In this document: positions 20,861-31,628 of the stretch, in pieces | Layout: the number at the start of each line of letters is the position of its first letter | How positions within the stretch are numbered: position 1 is the first letter of the stretch | Origin: an uncultured Pelagibacteraceae bacterium | GTDB lineage: Bacteria; Pseudomonadota; Alphaproteobacteria; Pelagibacterales; Pelagibacteraceae | Assembly (NCBI GenBank): GCA_902588515.1 | Contig: CACIPP010000002.1 | Location: 12,810-76,809 of the forward strand | DNA: 64,000 bases | Reading direction: 5' to 3' | The notes under the pieces: generated by a model | Told to the model about the DNA's origin: nothing | What the model saw: the letters and a program-made list of their open reading frames with translations, nothing else | Database searches by the model: none | Translations under genes and position numbers: made by a program

Positions 20861-23635
20861 ATGTCGATACAAAATAAACATTTATATTTAATTGACGGTT
20901 CAGGTTATATTTTTAGAGCATATTATGCATTACCCCCACTAACTAGAAAAAGCGATGGATTACCTGTAGGCGCTGTAAGTGGCTTTTGCAATATGTTGCA
21001 AAAATTTCTTGAGCAAGCCAGAAACGATACTACTGATCAAAAACCAAGCCATATCGCAGTAATTTTTGATAGTGCCAGAAAAAACTTTAGAAATGAGATA
21101 TACAAAGAATATAAAGCTAACAGGGAAGAAGCTCCAGAAGATTTAATTCCACAATTCGATTATATCAGAAAAGCAGTTAATGCATTTAACTTGCCATCAA
21201 TAGAGATGCAAGGGTTTGAAGCAGACGACATAATTGCTACTTTTAAAAATTCTGCCAAAAAAAAAAATATTAAAGTTACTATAGTTTCATCAGATAAAGA
21301 TTTGATGCAACTTGTGGACGATCAAACAAAGATGTTTGATCCAATGAAAGAAAAACTCATCGGACCAAAAGAAGTTGAAGAAAAATTCGGTGTTACACCA
21401 GATAAGGTCATAGACGTTCAATCGTTGGCAGGAGATTCAGTAGACAATATACCTGGTGTACCTGGTATCGGAGTCAAAACTGCGGCTGAGCTTATAAATA
21501 AATTTAAAAATTTAGATGGACTTTTGAAAAATATTGATAAAATTAAACAGCCAAAAAGAAGGCAGACTCTAAATGACAATAAAGATAAGGCGATAATCAG
21601 TAAAAAACTAGTAACTTTAGACGAGAATGTTCCAATTAAAAACAAAATTGAAGACTTAGTTTTAAAGCCACAAAATACTAAAAAACTATCCGATTTTTTA
21701 CAAGAAATGGAATTTTCTCGTTTGTATAAAAAAATATCATCTTCTTCCGATGATATTAATCAGACTTTAAATGACTCTAAAAAAGTTGAGACACAAACTC
21801 AAAAAGGTAAAAATAATTATAATGTAATCTTAAAAATTGATGATTTAAAAAAGTACTTAAAGGTTTGTGAAGATAAGGGCTTTTTTGTTATTGATGTAGA
21901 AACAAATTCATTAAACGCAGAAACAGCAGAACTTGTCGGGGTGTCTATCTCATGTAAAGAGTTTGAAGCAATTTATGTACCTTTAAATCATAAAAGCAAA
22001 AATGATAAGTTAGTTAATTCGCAGCTCGGTAGAAATGATGTTATTAATATCTTAAAGCCTTACTTGGAGGATGAAGAAATAATTAAAATTGGTCAAAATT
22101 TTAAGTTTGATTTTAAAATTTTTAATAAGTTCGGAGTTAACGTGCGTTCAATAGAGGATACGATGCTTCAATCTTATTCTTTAGATGCAGGTAAAAACAG
22201 ACATAACATGGATTTGTTATCCGATTTACATTTAAGTCACAAAACTATAAAATTTAAAGACATTGTTGGTACGGGTAAATCAGAAATAACCTTCGATTAT
22301 GTTCCAATTGATATAGCTTCGGAATATGCATGCGAAGATGCAGATATCACTTTGCGGCTATATAATATTTTTAAAGAAAGACTGTTTAAAGAAAAAGTAT
22401 TAAGTGTTTACGAAAATCTTGAAAAACCAATGATAAAAATCCTGGCAAGAATGGAGCAAGCTGGGATTAAAATTGATACTGATATCCTAAATGAATTATC
22501 AAATAACTTTAAAAAAGATTTAAGTCAGATTGAAAAAAAAATATTTAAAATTTCAGGGGAGGAATTTAACATTGGCTCAACCAAACAGTTAGGGGATATT
22601 TTATATCAAAAATTAAAAATTTCTGGCACAAAAAAAACAAAAAAAGGTAACTTTGCTACAAATGTTTCAGTTCTTGAGGATCTTGCAAATAAGGGACATG
22701 AATTTCCAAATTTAGTTTTACAATGGAGACAAAAGTCTAAATTAAAAAGTACTTACACTGACGCTTTACCAGAATATGTCGATGATAGTTCAAAAAGAGT
22801 TCATACATCTTTTTTACTTGCAGCAACAAATACTGGAAGGTTAGCTTCTGCAGAGCCAAATTTACAAAATATCCCAATTAAAACGAATGAGGGAAAATTA
22901 ATTAGATCGGCTTTTGTATCAGAAAGAGGATATCAACTAATCTCTGCAGACTATAGTCAAATAGAAATGAGAGTGTTAGCTCATATGGCAGATGTCAAGG
23001 AATTAAAGATTGCATTTAAAAACAAAGAGGATATTCATAACATTACTGCAGGTCAAATATTCTCTAAGAAACCAGATGAAATAAATGAAGACATGAGAAG
23101 AAAAGCAAAAGCAATCAATTTTGGAATTATTTATGGAATTTCAGCATATGGTCTTGCCAAACAAATTTCAGTCTCTAACTCAGAAGCAGATGAGTTTCTT
23201 AGATCGTATTTTAAAAAATTTCCTGAAATTAAATCATACATGAATGAAACTTTAAAATTTTGTAAGAAACACGGGTACATAAAAACTTTATTTGACCGAA
23301 AATGTCATTTTCAGGGTATTAATGATAAAAATCACACAATAAGATCTTTTCAAGAAAGAGCTGCTATCAATGCACCTATACAAGGTACAGCCGCTGATAT
23401 TTTGCGGTTTGCAATGATTAAAATAGATAAAAAAATTAATAAAAAGATAATTAATGCTAAATTGTTAGTTCAAATTCATGATGAATTACTTTTTGAGGTT
23501 AAATCGTCGAATACCTCCGAGGTCTGCAAATTAGTAGTTCAACAGATGGAACAAGCAACTGAACCAGAAATTAAGTTTTCAGTGCCTCTAATTGTCGACA
23601 TAAATAGCGGAAAAAACTGGAATGAAGCACATTAA
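20861..23635 (+). CDS. polA: DNA polymerase I
   Basis: It has a 5'-nuclease domain (LYLIDGSGYIFRAYYA), a 3'-5' exonuclease domain (DVETNSL) and polymerase motifs (DYSQIEMRVLAH, RRKAKAINFGIIYG, QIHDELLFE). The track start at 20828 is less likely than the ATG at 20861 (MSIQNKHLYLIDG). Confidence 0.95.
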   Translation: MSIQNKHLYLIDGSGYIFRAYYALPPLTRKSDGLPVGAVSGFCNMLQKFLEQARNDTTDQKPSHIAVIFDSARKNFRNEIYKEYKANREEAPEDLIPQFDYIRKAVNAFNLPSIEMQGFEADDIIATFKNSAKKKNIKVTIVSSDKDLMQLVDDQTKMFDPMKEKLIGPKEVEEKFGVTPDKVIDVQSLAGDSVDNIPGVPGIGVKTAAELINKFKNLDGLLKNIDKIKQPKRRQTLNDNKDKAIISKKLVTLDENVPIKNKIEDLVLKPQNTKKLSDFLQEMEFSRLYKKISSSSDDINQTLNDSKKVETQTQKGKNNYNVILKIDDLKKYLKVCEDKGFFVIDVETNSLNAETAELVGVSISCKEFEAIYVPLNHKSKNDKLVNSQLGRNDVINILKPYLEDEEIIKIGQNFKFDFKIFNKFGVNVRSIEDTMLQSYSLDAGKNRHNMDLLSDLHLSHKTIKFKDIVGTGKSEITFDYVPIDIASEYACEDADITLRLYNIFKERLFKEKVLSVYENLEKPMIKILARMEQAGIKIDTDILNELSNNFKKDLSQIEKKIFKISGEEFNIGSTKQLGDILYQKLKISGTKKTKKGNFATNVSVLEDLANKGHEFPNLVLQWRQKSKLKSTYTDALPEYVDDSSKRVHTSFLLAATNTGRLASAEPNLQNIPIKTNEGKLIRSAFVSERGYQLISADYSQIEMRVLAHMADVKELKIAFKNKEDIHNITAGQIFSKKPDEINEDMRRKAKAINFGIIYGISAYGLAKQISVSNSEADEFLRSYFKKFPEIKSYMNETLKFCKKHGYIKTLFDRKCHFQGINDKNHTIRSFQERAAINAPIQGTAADILRFAMIKIDKKINKKIINAKLLVQIHDELLFEVKSSNTSEVCKLVVQQMEQATEPEIKFSVPLIVDINSGKNWNEAH

Positions 23636-23678
23636 AATAGTCTTATTTTTGTCTATTTTTGATATTATCGCATGAATC

Positions 23679-24380
23679 ATGACAAAAGTAATTGCGGTTG
23701 TAGACGATGACAGAAATATTTTAACAAGTGTTTCAATGGCATTGGAAAATGAAGGTTTTAAAGTACAAACTTATTTAGATGGCGAAAGTGCATTCATTGG
23801 AATTTCACGAACACCACCAGATTTAGCAATAATAGATATAAAGATGCCAAGAATGAATGGCGAAGAACTTTTAAAAAAACTAAGAAAAAAAACAGATATA
23901 CCTGTTATTTTTTTAACCTCTAAAGATGATGAAGTTGATGAATTGCTTGGATTAAAATTAGGTGCAGATGATTTTATAAAGAAATCTGGTGGGTTTTCCA
24001 TAAAAGTACTCATAGAAAGAATTAAGGTTCAGTTTAGAAAAAAAGATCAAAAAATAGTGCAAAATAAAAATATAATTAAACAAGGAAAATTAATGTTGGA
24101 CCCTGAACAACTTGAGTGCGAATGGGACAATAAAACTTTACCTGATAAACTCACTACGACAGAATTTCAAATTGTTTATGAGCTTGCTAAGAGACCGGGT
24201 ATAATTAAGGAACGTTCTCACCTAATGACAATAGCTTATAAGGAAAGTAGTGATATCGAGGACAGAACGATTGATAGTCACGTAAAAAGAATTAGAAAAA
24301 AATTTAAAAAAATTGACAAGGAATTTTCATCAATAGAAACCAGATATGGTAGTGGATATCGCTGGAATGCTAATACATGA
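23679..24380 (+). CDS. chvI: OmpR-family response regulator, ChvI-like
   Basis: The segment VVDDDRNILTSVSMALENEGF...DIKMPRMNGEELL...PVIFLTSKDDEVDELLGLKLGADDFI resembles ChvI. It has a C-terminal winged helix (TTTEFQIVYELAKRPG...VKRIRKKF...GSGYRW). Confidence 0.8.
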   Translation: MTKVIAVVDDDRNILTSVSMALENEGFKVQTYLDGESAFIGISRTPPDLAIIDIKMPRMNGEELLKKLRKKTDIPVIFLTSKDDEVDELLGLKLGADDFIKKSGGFSIKVLIERIKVQFRKKDQKIVQNKNIIKQGKLMLDPEQLECEWDNKTLPDKLTTTEFQIVYELAKRPGIIKERSHLMTIAYKESSDIEDRTIDSHVKRIRKKFKKIDKEFSSIETRYGSGYRWNANT

Positions 24381-25912
24381 TAACTAGATTATTATCATCC
24401 AAATCATTGTTAAACCAGTTCTTGGTTTTTAATCTCATGGCTTTTTTAATTCTTGGCTTTTTTACATTTCTTTATCTTTTGGCTATCGAACCTGAATTAA
24501 TAAATAAAACCTCAAAAAAACATCAAAACATAATCAGTAATATAGAAAGTAATTTAAAAATTCAAAAGATACAAAATAATTCAAATTCAATTAGAAAATT
24601 TCTAACCAAGTCTAGTTTTATTTTAGACGAAATCGACCAAATACGTTTTTTTAATATTGATAAGAAACTAATTTTAGACTCTTTAGTTTTAGACTATGAT
24701 AAAAGTATATTTTTTAGTGATACCAAAATTGAAATGAGTAAACTCAACGAAGAGATTACTTCACAAAATCTATCTGAACAAAATTCAAATAAAGAAATGA
24801 ATATTAATTACACGTTCTTAAAAAAAATTAATGTCGAGGATCAAAAAAATAAATTTTTAGTAGAGAAAGAAAATATAAATAACAATTTTATTATACATAC
24901 ATCTGCATTAGTTTCTACGTATGATAACAAAAAAATTATTATAACTATTTCAGAAATATCAAATGATATTTTTTTAGCAATTGAAGAAAGAAAAAATTTT
25001 GTTTTAAGATCAGTGTTAATTGCGGTTATAGTGATTTCAATTTTTTCATTCTTCTTAAATCAATATATTATTAACCCTATTAGATTCCTTAATTTATATG
25101 CAAAAAAAATCTCGTATGAAAATCCTAAAAATAATAGTAATGATAATATTGTGAGTAGAGATGATGAAATCGGAAATTTATCAAGATCATTAACTAACAT
25201 GACCACAAAACTTTATCAAAGAATTGAAATGGCAGAAAGATTTGCATCTGATCTAACTCACGAAATTAGAAATCCTTTGGCATCGCTTAAAAGTGCTTCA
25301 GAATTATTAAATACAACAAAAGACGAAGAAAAAAAAATAAAACTTTTAAAAATACTTTCTAATGATGTCGAGAGAATTGAAAGATTAATTACTGATTACT
25401 CTCAGGTCCTAAAAGATGAGGCTAGTCAATCTAGATCAGTTGCAAAAGAATTTAACTTAAGAGAAACGATTGAAAGTGTAATAGAGGATTTTAACGTTGA
25501 CCCAAAAAACTTAGAAAAAAAAATAATTATCAATTTTGATCACAAACTGCAGAATGGCTCTAAAATATTTGGCATTGAAAGTAGGATTGAGCAAGTTATT
25601 GCCAACTTATTGGAAAATGCAGTTTCCTTTAGTCCAACAGATAGCGAGGTTTCAATCCAATTAGAAGAATTAGACAATAATTATAGAATTAAAGTAAAAG
25701 ATCAGGGCACAGGCTTTGAAGAGAAAAATCTAGATAAAATTTTTGACCGATTTTATAGTTACAGACCCGAAGATACTAAAGGAAAACATTCAGGCTTAGG
25801 GTTAAATATTGTTAAGAATATCATTGAGTCTCACAAGGGTACAATCAAAGCTTATAATTTAATTGAAAATAATGGAGCAGTAATTGACATCCAAATACCA
25901 AAAAATACATAA
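24377..25912 (+). CDS. chvG: Sensor histidine kinase, ChvG/ExoS-like (EnvZ-type architecture)
   Basis: It has two TM segments flanking a periplasmic region, then a HAMP domain. The H-box is SDLTHEIRNPLASLKSA, with an N box (NLLENAV) and G boxes (DQGTGF, GLGLNIV). An ATGA overlap couples it to chvI. Confidence 0.7.
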   Translation: MITRLLSSKSLLNQFLVFNLMAFLILGFFTFLYLLAIEPELINKTSKKHQNIISNIESNLKIQKIQNNSNSIRKFLTKSSFILDEIDQIRFFNIDKKLILDSLVLDYDKSIFFSDTKIEMSKLNEEITSQNLSEQNSNKEMNINYTFLKKINVEDQKNKFLVEKENINNNFIIHTSALVSTYDNKKIIITISEISNDIFLAIEERKNFVLRSVLIAVIVISIFSFFLNQYIINPIRFLNLYAKKISYENPKNNSNDNIVSRDDEIGNLSRSLTNMTTKLYQRIEMAERFASDLTHEIRNPLASLKSASELLNTTKDEEKKIKLLKILSNDVERIERLITDYSQVLKDEASQSRSVAKEFNLRETIESVIEDFNVDPKNLEKKIIINFDHKLQNGSKIFGIESRIEQVIANLLENAVSFSPTDSEVSIQLEELDNNYRIKVKDQGTGFEEKNLDKIFDRFYSYRPEDTKGKHSGLGLNIVKNIIESHKGTIKAYNLIENNGAVIDIQIPKNT

Positions 25913-25928
25913 TTGATTTGTATATTAA

Positions 25929-27236
<1,308 letters not shown>

Positions 27237-27241
27237 TTTGA

Positions 27242-27682
27242 ATGCAACAAATTACAGAAAAAGATTTATCAAAAATAGCAAAAAAACTATCTAATAAAGT
27301 AAAAAAAGGCGACTATATTTTTTTAGAGGGAGAGCTAGGTGTTGGAAAAACGACATTTGCAAAATACTTTATAAATCACTTTAATCAAAAATTTAAAAAA
27401 AAAATCGTAGAAGTGTTAAGTCCCACATTTAATATAGTGCAGTATTATGATGTTAATAAAAAAATTTCTATTGCTCATTATGATCTGTATAAATTAAAAT
27501 CAAAAAAAGATTTAGAAAATATTGGAATATTTGATTTTGAAGATCAGTTTATAAATTTAGTTGAGTGGCCAGAATTGTTAAACAAAAAAAAAATTAATAA
27601 AATAACTGTTAAATTGAAATATACGAATAATGAGAAAAGTAGAAAAATTTATATCAAAAATTTCGGAAGATTTAAAAATTAA
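27242..27682 (+). CDS. tsaE: tRNA t6A37 biosynthesis ATPase TsaE
   Basis: 146 aa with a P-loop (GELGVGKTTFAK), SPTF and HYDLY motifs, and VEWPE. Confidence 0.8.
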   Translation: MQQITEKDLSKIAKKLSNKVKKGDYIFLEGELGVGKTTFAKYFINHFNQKFKKKIVEVLSPTFNIVQYYDVNKKISIAHYDLYKLKSKKDLENIGIFDFEDQFINLVEWPELLNKKKINKITVKLKYTNNEKSRKIYIKNFGRFKN

Positions 27683-28601
27683 TCCACGAAAAATTGTGGG
27701 TGATGCATCTTTTCGATCATTTTACCGTTTTAATAAAAAGGGTAAAAAATTTATATTAATTTATTGTACAAAAAATAAAAAATCGAATTTATACAATTAC
27801 ATCAAAATAAACAAAATTCTCATAAAATCAGGTTTCACCGCACCCAAGCTTATAGATAAAAAAATCAAGAAAAATTATGTAATCGTAGAAGATTTAGGTT
27901 TAAAAAGTTTTAAGACTTTATTATGTGGAAAGAAAAAACTAAAAAATTATAAAAAAATAATTAATTTGCTTATAAAAATTCAAAATAAAAATATGCTAAA
28001 AAAGGCACATATTCCTCCGTACTCAAAAAATTTTCTAAATAATGAAACCAACATATTTTTTGATTGGTTCTTAACTATGAACTACAGCAATAAAAAAGCC
28101 AAATTAATTAAAAATAAAATTAATAAAGAGATAAATAAGCTTTATAGCGGGTTAGAACTGAAGGACTCAGTTTTTGTTCATAGAGATTTTCATGCAGAGA
28201 ATTTATTAATTAGTAAAAACAAAATTGGTATTATTGACAGCCAAGATGCAGTAAAAGGACACAAAAGTTATGATCTGACTTCATTGATAGATGATGTAAG
28301 GATAAAATCATCAGAGTCTTTAAGGTTAAATTTATTAAATTTTTATATAAAAAAAAACATCTCAAAAAATGATATTAAAAATTTTAAAAAATGTTACTAT
28401 TTTTTTTCAGTACAAAGGTTATTAAAAATTATTGGTATATTTATAAGATTGTACAAAAGAGATGGAAAATCTAAATATATTAAGTATATACCCAATACCT
28501 GGAAAATTCTCGATGAGAAATTAAAATATGATTATTTGGATGATTTGAAAAATATTTTAAATCAATATTGTAATAAAAAGAAAAGAAGAATTAAAATATG
28601 A
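27630..28601 (+). CDS. Aminoglycoside-phosphotransferase-fold sugar kinase, AmgK-like (anomeric MurNAc/GlcNAc kinase)
   Basis: The N-terminus shows GDASFRSFYR and the catalytic loop HRDFHAENLL...IDSQDA. It sits in the tsaE-kinase-nucleotidyltransferase arrangement conserved in alphaproteobacteria. Its start overlaps tsaE by 53 nt. Confidence 0.6.
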   Translation: MRKVEKFISKISEDLKINPRKIVGDASFRSFYRFNKKGKKFILIYCTKNKKSNLYNYIKINKILIKSGFTAPKLIDKKIKKNYVIVEDLGLKSFKTLLCGKKKLKNYKKIINLLIKIQNKNMLKKAHIPPYSKNFLNNETNIFFDWFLTMNYSNKKAKLIKNKINKEINKLYSGLELKDSVFVHRDFHAENLLISKNKIGIIDSQDAVKGHKSYDLTSLIDDVRIKSSESLRLNLLNFYIKKNISKNDIKNFKKCYYFFSVQRLLKIIGIFIRLYKRDGKSKYIKYIPNTWKILDEKLKYDYLDDLKNILNQYCNKKKRRIKI

Positions 28602-29290
28602 ATATTCAGAATGGCATTATTTTATGTGCGGGATTTGGCAGAAGGGTTATGCCATTAACAAAGAACACTCCCAAACCATTATTAAAAATTTCCGACACAC
28701 ATTTATTAAACTACTCAATAAAATTTTTAAAAGAGATAGGGGTAAAAAATATCGCTATTAATACGCACTACTTAGCTAACCAAATTTCAGATTATGTAAA
28801 CAAATTTGATAATAAAATTAAAATTTTTTACGAAGAAAAAATACTAGATACAGGCGGAGCTTTAGTAAATGCTAAGACCTTTTTTAAAGACGAACACTTT
28901 ATAGTAGTGAATAGCGACACAATTTGGCAAAAAAAATATGTTACAAGTTTTAATATAATGAAAAAGAAATATTTTGATACTAAAGCTGAGGGAGCCTTAT
29001 TGCTTACTACAAACGAGCTAAGTTTTGATAAAAGATTACCATGTGACTTTGGTCTAGACGAAAAAGATTTATTATTGAACAATCCTAAGAACTATATTTT
29101 TACTGGTTGTCAAATTCTTAATAAAAAAGTACTTGAAAACAAGAGTAAATCTTTCTTTTCAGTAAGAGAAATATGGAACGATTTGATTGTTAAACATAAA
29201 ATTATAGGCCAAAAGCATGATGATAGTTTTTTACATGTTACTGATTTTGAAATTTATAATAAATTATTAAAACAGAAAATTACTTATTAA
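28598..29290 (+). CDS. Sugar-1-phosphate nucleotidyltransferase, MurU-like
   Basis: It has the nucleotidyltransferase N-terminus ILCAGFGRRVMPLT...PKPLL. An ATGA overlap couples it to the upstream kinase. Confidence 0.6.
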   Translation: MNIQNGIILCAGFGRRVMPLTKNTPKPLLKISDTHLLNYSIKFLKEIGVKNIAINTHYLANQISDYVNKFDNKIKIFYEEKILDTGGALVNAKTFFKDEHFIVVNSDTIWQKKYVTSFNIMKKKYFDTKAEGALLLTTNELSFDKRLPCDFGLDEKDLLLNNPKNYIFTGCQILNKKVLENKSKSFFSVREIWNDLIVKHKIIGQKHDDSFLHVTDFEIYNKLLKQKITY

Positions 29291-30002
29291 AATAAATTTC
29301 TTTTGCTCTCGTTATGTCCATGTAAGAGTAATCAATTACTTTTAACTTATTATCTAAATTTATTTCAATAGGATTGCCAGTCGGTATCTCCAACTTAACG
29401 ATCATCTCATCGGAAATATTAAACAAATATTTACAAATAGCCCTCAAACTATTTCCATGGGCTGCAATCAAAACATTTTGTTCTGATTTTAAAACTGGTT
29501 CAATATTAGACTTAAAATACGGAACAGATCTTTCGTAGGTATTTTTTAAAGACTCTGTGTCTGGAATATCATTTGGATTTATTGAGGAATAGATTTTCAT
29601 GTTTCTTGGATGATTTGGGTCCTTTTTATCTAATGGAGGAGGGGCCGTGTCGAAACTTCTTCTCCATATCATAATTTGTTTCTCGCCATGTTTGGTTGCC
29701 ATTTCTGCTTTATTCAGTCCTTGTAAAGCTCCATAATGCCTCTCATTAAGTTGCCAAGCTTTAGTTACATTTTTTATAGGTTTATCAAACTCTTCTATAA
29801 GATTTAATAATGTCTTAATTGCTCTTTTTTGAAAAGAGGTGAATGCAAAATTGAAAATTATATTTTTCTTCTTTATTAAATATCCTGCCTTTTTTGCTTC
29901 GCTTATCCCTTGTTCTGTTAAATCTGCATCACACCAACCAGTGAATCTATTTTCTAGATTCCACTGACTTTGTCCGTGACGCAAAAGAATTAATTTAATC
30001 AT
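29280..30002 (-). CDS. gpmA: 2,3-bisphosphoglycerate-dependent phosphoglycerate mutase
   Basis: The catalytic His lies in LILLRHGQSQWNLENRFTGW. Other motifs are ERHYGALQG and AAHGNSLRA. Confidence 0.9.
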   Translation of the reverse strand: MIKLILLRHGQSQWNLENRFTGWCDADLTEQGISEAKKAGYLIKKKNIIFNFAFTSFQKRAIKTLLNLIEEFDKPIKNVTKAWQLNERHYGALQGLNKAEMATKHGEKQIMIWRRSFDTAPPPLDKKDPNHPRNMKIYSSINPNDIPDTESLKNTYERSVPYFKSNIEPVLKSEQNVLIAAHGNSLRAICKYLFNISDEMIVKLEIPTGNPIEINLDNKLKVIDYSYMDITRAKEIYFNK

Positions 30003-30030
30003 TTTTAATTAATATGTTAAATTTCTAAAT

Positions 30031-30345
30031 ATGAGCAACCATGTAATTTTATATATAACATGTAAGAACAATAAAGAAGCTATTTTAATATCAAATAAAC
30101 TCATTAGTTCTAAATTGATTGCTTGTGCTAACATTATTAAAAACGTCTCATCAATATTTCGTTGGAAAAAAAAATTAAATAATAATAAGGAAGTAATTTT
30201 ACTTGCTAAAACGGCACAAAAAAATATCAAAAGAATAGAAAAGACCGTTAAAAAATTACATTCATATGATACACCTTGTATTCTATTTTTAGAAATCAAA
30301 CACGGCAACAAAGAGTTTTTAAAATGGGTTACAATAAACAGTTAA
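30031..30345 (+). CDS. cutA: Divalent-cation tolerance protein CutA
   Basis: 104 aa with the CutA1 pattern (A..I...L....L.ACAN......S.F.W.......E..L..KT...........K.HSYD.P). Confidence 0.8.
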   Translation: MSNHVILYITCKNNKEAILISNKLISSKLIACANIIKNVSSIFRWKKKLNNNKEVILLAKTAQKNIKRIEKTVKKLHSYDTPCILFLEIKHGNKEFLKWVTINS

Positions 30346-30698
30346 AATTTGTCAAATATATTTTCTTCTTGCTATTAATTCTTTTGATAGCAGTTTCAGT
30401 TTTCCCAGGCAATTTAGTAAACTTAATTTTAATAGGTGATGCATCAACTTCACCATCAAGTGATAAGTTTAGTCATTTTATTTCTTATTTTGTTTTATCT
30501 ATTTTTGCATATTTAACTTTTTACAATACTAAAAAACTTAAAAAGATTTTTATATTTTTGATACTTCTTAGTATTATACTTGAAGTTGTGCATTTAATCA
30601 TCCCAAATAGGTATTATGAAAATTTAGATTTATTAATGAATGTTTGCGGAGTTGTTGCGGTATCAATATTCTTTTATTATAATAAAAAATATGAGTGA
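30324..30698 (+). CDS. VanZ-like small membrane protein
   Basis: It has about four TM helices and the DKFSHFISYFVLS motif typical of the VanZ family. The ATG at 30324 was chosen over the track's upstream start. It overlaps the cutA end by 22 nt. Confidence 0.55.
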   Translation: MGYNKQLKFVKYIFFLLLILLIAVSVFPGNLVNLILIGDASTSPSSDKFSHFISYFVLSIFAYLTFYNTKKLKKIFIFLILLSIILEVVHLIIPNRYYENLDLLMNVCGVVAVSIFFYYNKKYE

Positions 30699-30999
30699 AT
30701 TTGACAAAAGACAAAAAGGTTTTGAAAAAAAACATGTAATGGATGAGGAAAAGAAATTTAAAATTGAGTCGAGAAGAAATAAATATATTGGAGAATGGGT
30801 TTCAGATATTTTAGATTATAACGAAGATCAAAAAAAAAATTATATTCAAGAAGTAATCAAAGCAGATTTTAAAGAGGCTGGTGACCAGGACGTTTTCAGA
30901 AAATTAAAAGAAGATCTAAAGAGTAAAAATATACCCGATGACGAAATCAGGAAAAAGATGGATGACTTTAATGAAAAAGCTAAAACTGATTTTAGCTAA
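30691..30999 (+). CDS. DUF1476 protein, homologue of the alphaproteobacterial F1-ATPase inhibitor zeta subunit
   Basis: About 102 aa. MSEFDKRQKGFEKKHVMDEEKKFKIESRRNKYIGEW...DFKEAGDQDVFRKL resembles, from memory, the Paracoccus zeta subunit (F..RE.A.E.KF..D.E..FK..ARRN...GEW... DEDVFRKL). The ATG at 30691 gives an 8-nt overlap with the VanZ-like gene. Confidence 0.65.
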   Translation: MSEFDKRQKGFEKKHVMDEEKKFKIESRRNKYIGEWVSDILDYNEDQKKNYIQEVIKADFKEAGDQDVFRKLKEDLKSKNIPDDEIRKKMDDFNEKAKTDFS

Positions 31000-31618
31000 C
31001 TTTATTATAACCTATTTTATTATTATAAATCCTACCAAAGCTCTGGAAACTATTTCTGGAAAGGTAAGAGTAATAGATGGGGATACAATCGTTATAAACG
31101 GATTTTTTCAAAAAGCCGGGACACCTGGAAAAAAAATTAAGAATCAAAAGATAAGACTTTTTGGTATAGATGCACCAGAAATGAAACAAATTTGCAAAGA
31201 TAATTTTGCAAAAAAATACGAGTGTGGGGTAAAAAGTAAAGAGTTTTTAAAAAAATTAATTTTAAAAAAACTTATGACTCCAAAAAAATTTGGTGAGGAA
31301 GTTCAGAATAATTACAATGTTACTTGCATTAGTAAAGGCAAGGATAGATATGGCCGAATATTGGGAATTTGTGGGTATGATTATCTTAACGCAAATAGTT
31401 TAACATATAGTTTAAATGGTTACATGGTGAAAATGGGACATGCAGTAGCTTACAAAAAATACTCTAAGATGTTTGAGCATCTAGAAAATGAGGCTAAAGA
31501 AAAAAGTAGAGGTATTTGGTCGGGTAAATTCGAAAGACCTCAAAATTGGAGAAAAAAAAATAAAACAAAAAAAAGTAAAATCCAAATATCACTACCTCCT
31601 TTTGTAATTATAAGATAG
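30971..31618 (+). CDS. Secreted staphylococcal-nuclease-like (thermonuclease) protein
   Basis: It has a signal peptide (MKKLKLILANFIITYFIIINPTKA). SNase motifs are present (VIDGDTIV, IRLFGIDAPE, DRYGR.LG.C, A.E.SRGIWS). Confidence 0.75.
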   Translation: MKKLKLILANFIITYFIIINPTKALETISGKVRVIDGDTIVINGFFQKAGTPGKKIKNQKIRLFGIDAPEMKQICKDNFAKKYECGVKSKEFLKKLILKKLMTPKKFGEEVQNNYNVTCISKGKDRYGRILGICGYDYLNANSLTYSLNGYMVKMGHAVAYKKYSKMFEHLENEAKEKSRGIWSGKFERPQNWRKKNKTKKSKIQISLPPFVIIR

Positions 31619-31628
31619 ACACTTATTA

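Noticed and set aside
30009-30311. A 100-aa minus-strand ORF opposite cutA.
   Set aside because: It is fully antisense to a clear CutA1 homologue and its sequence is hydrophobic low-complexity.
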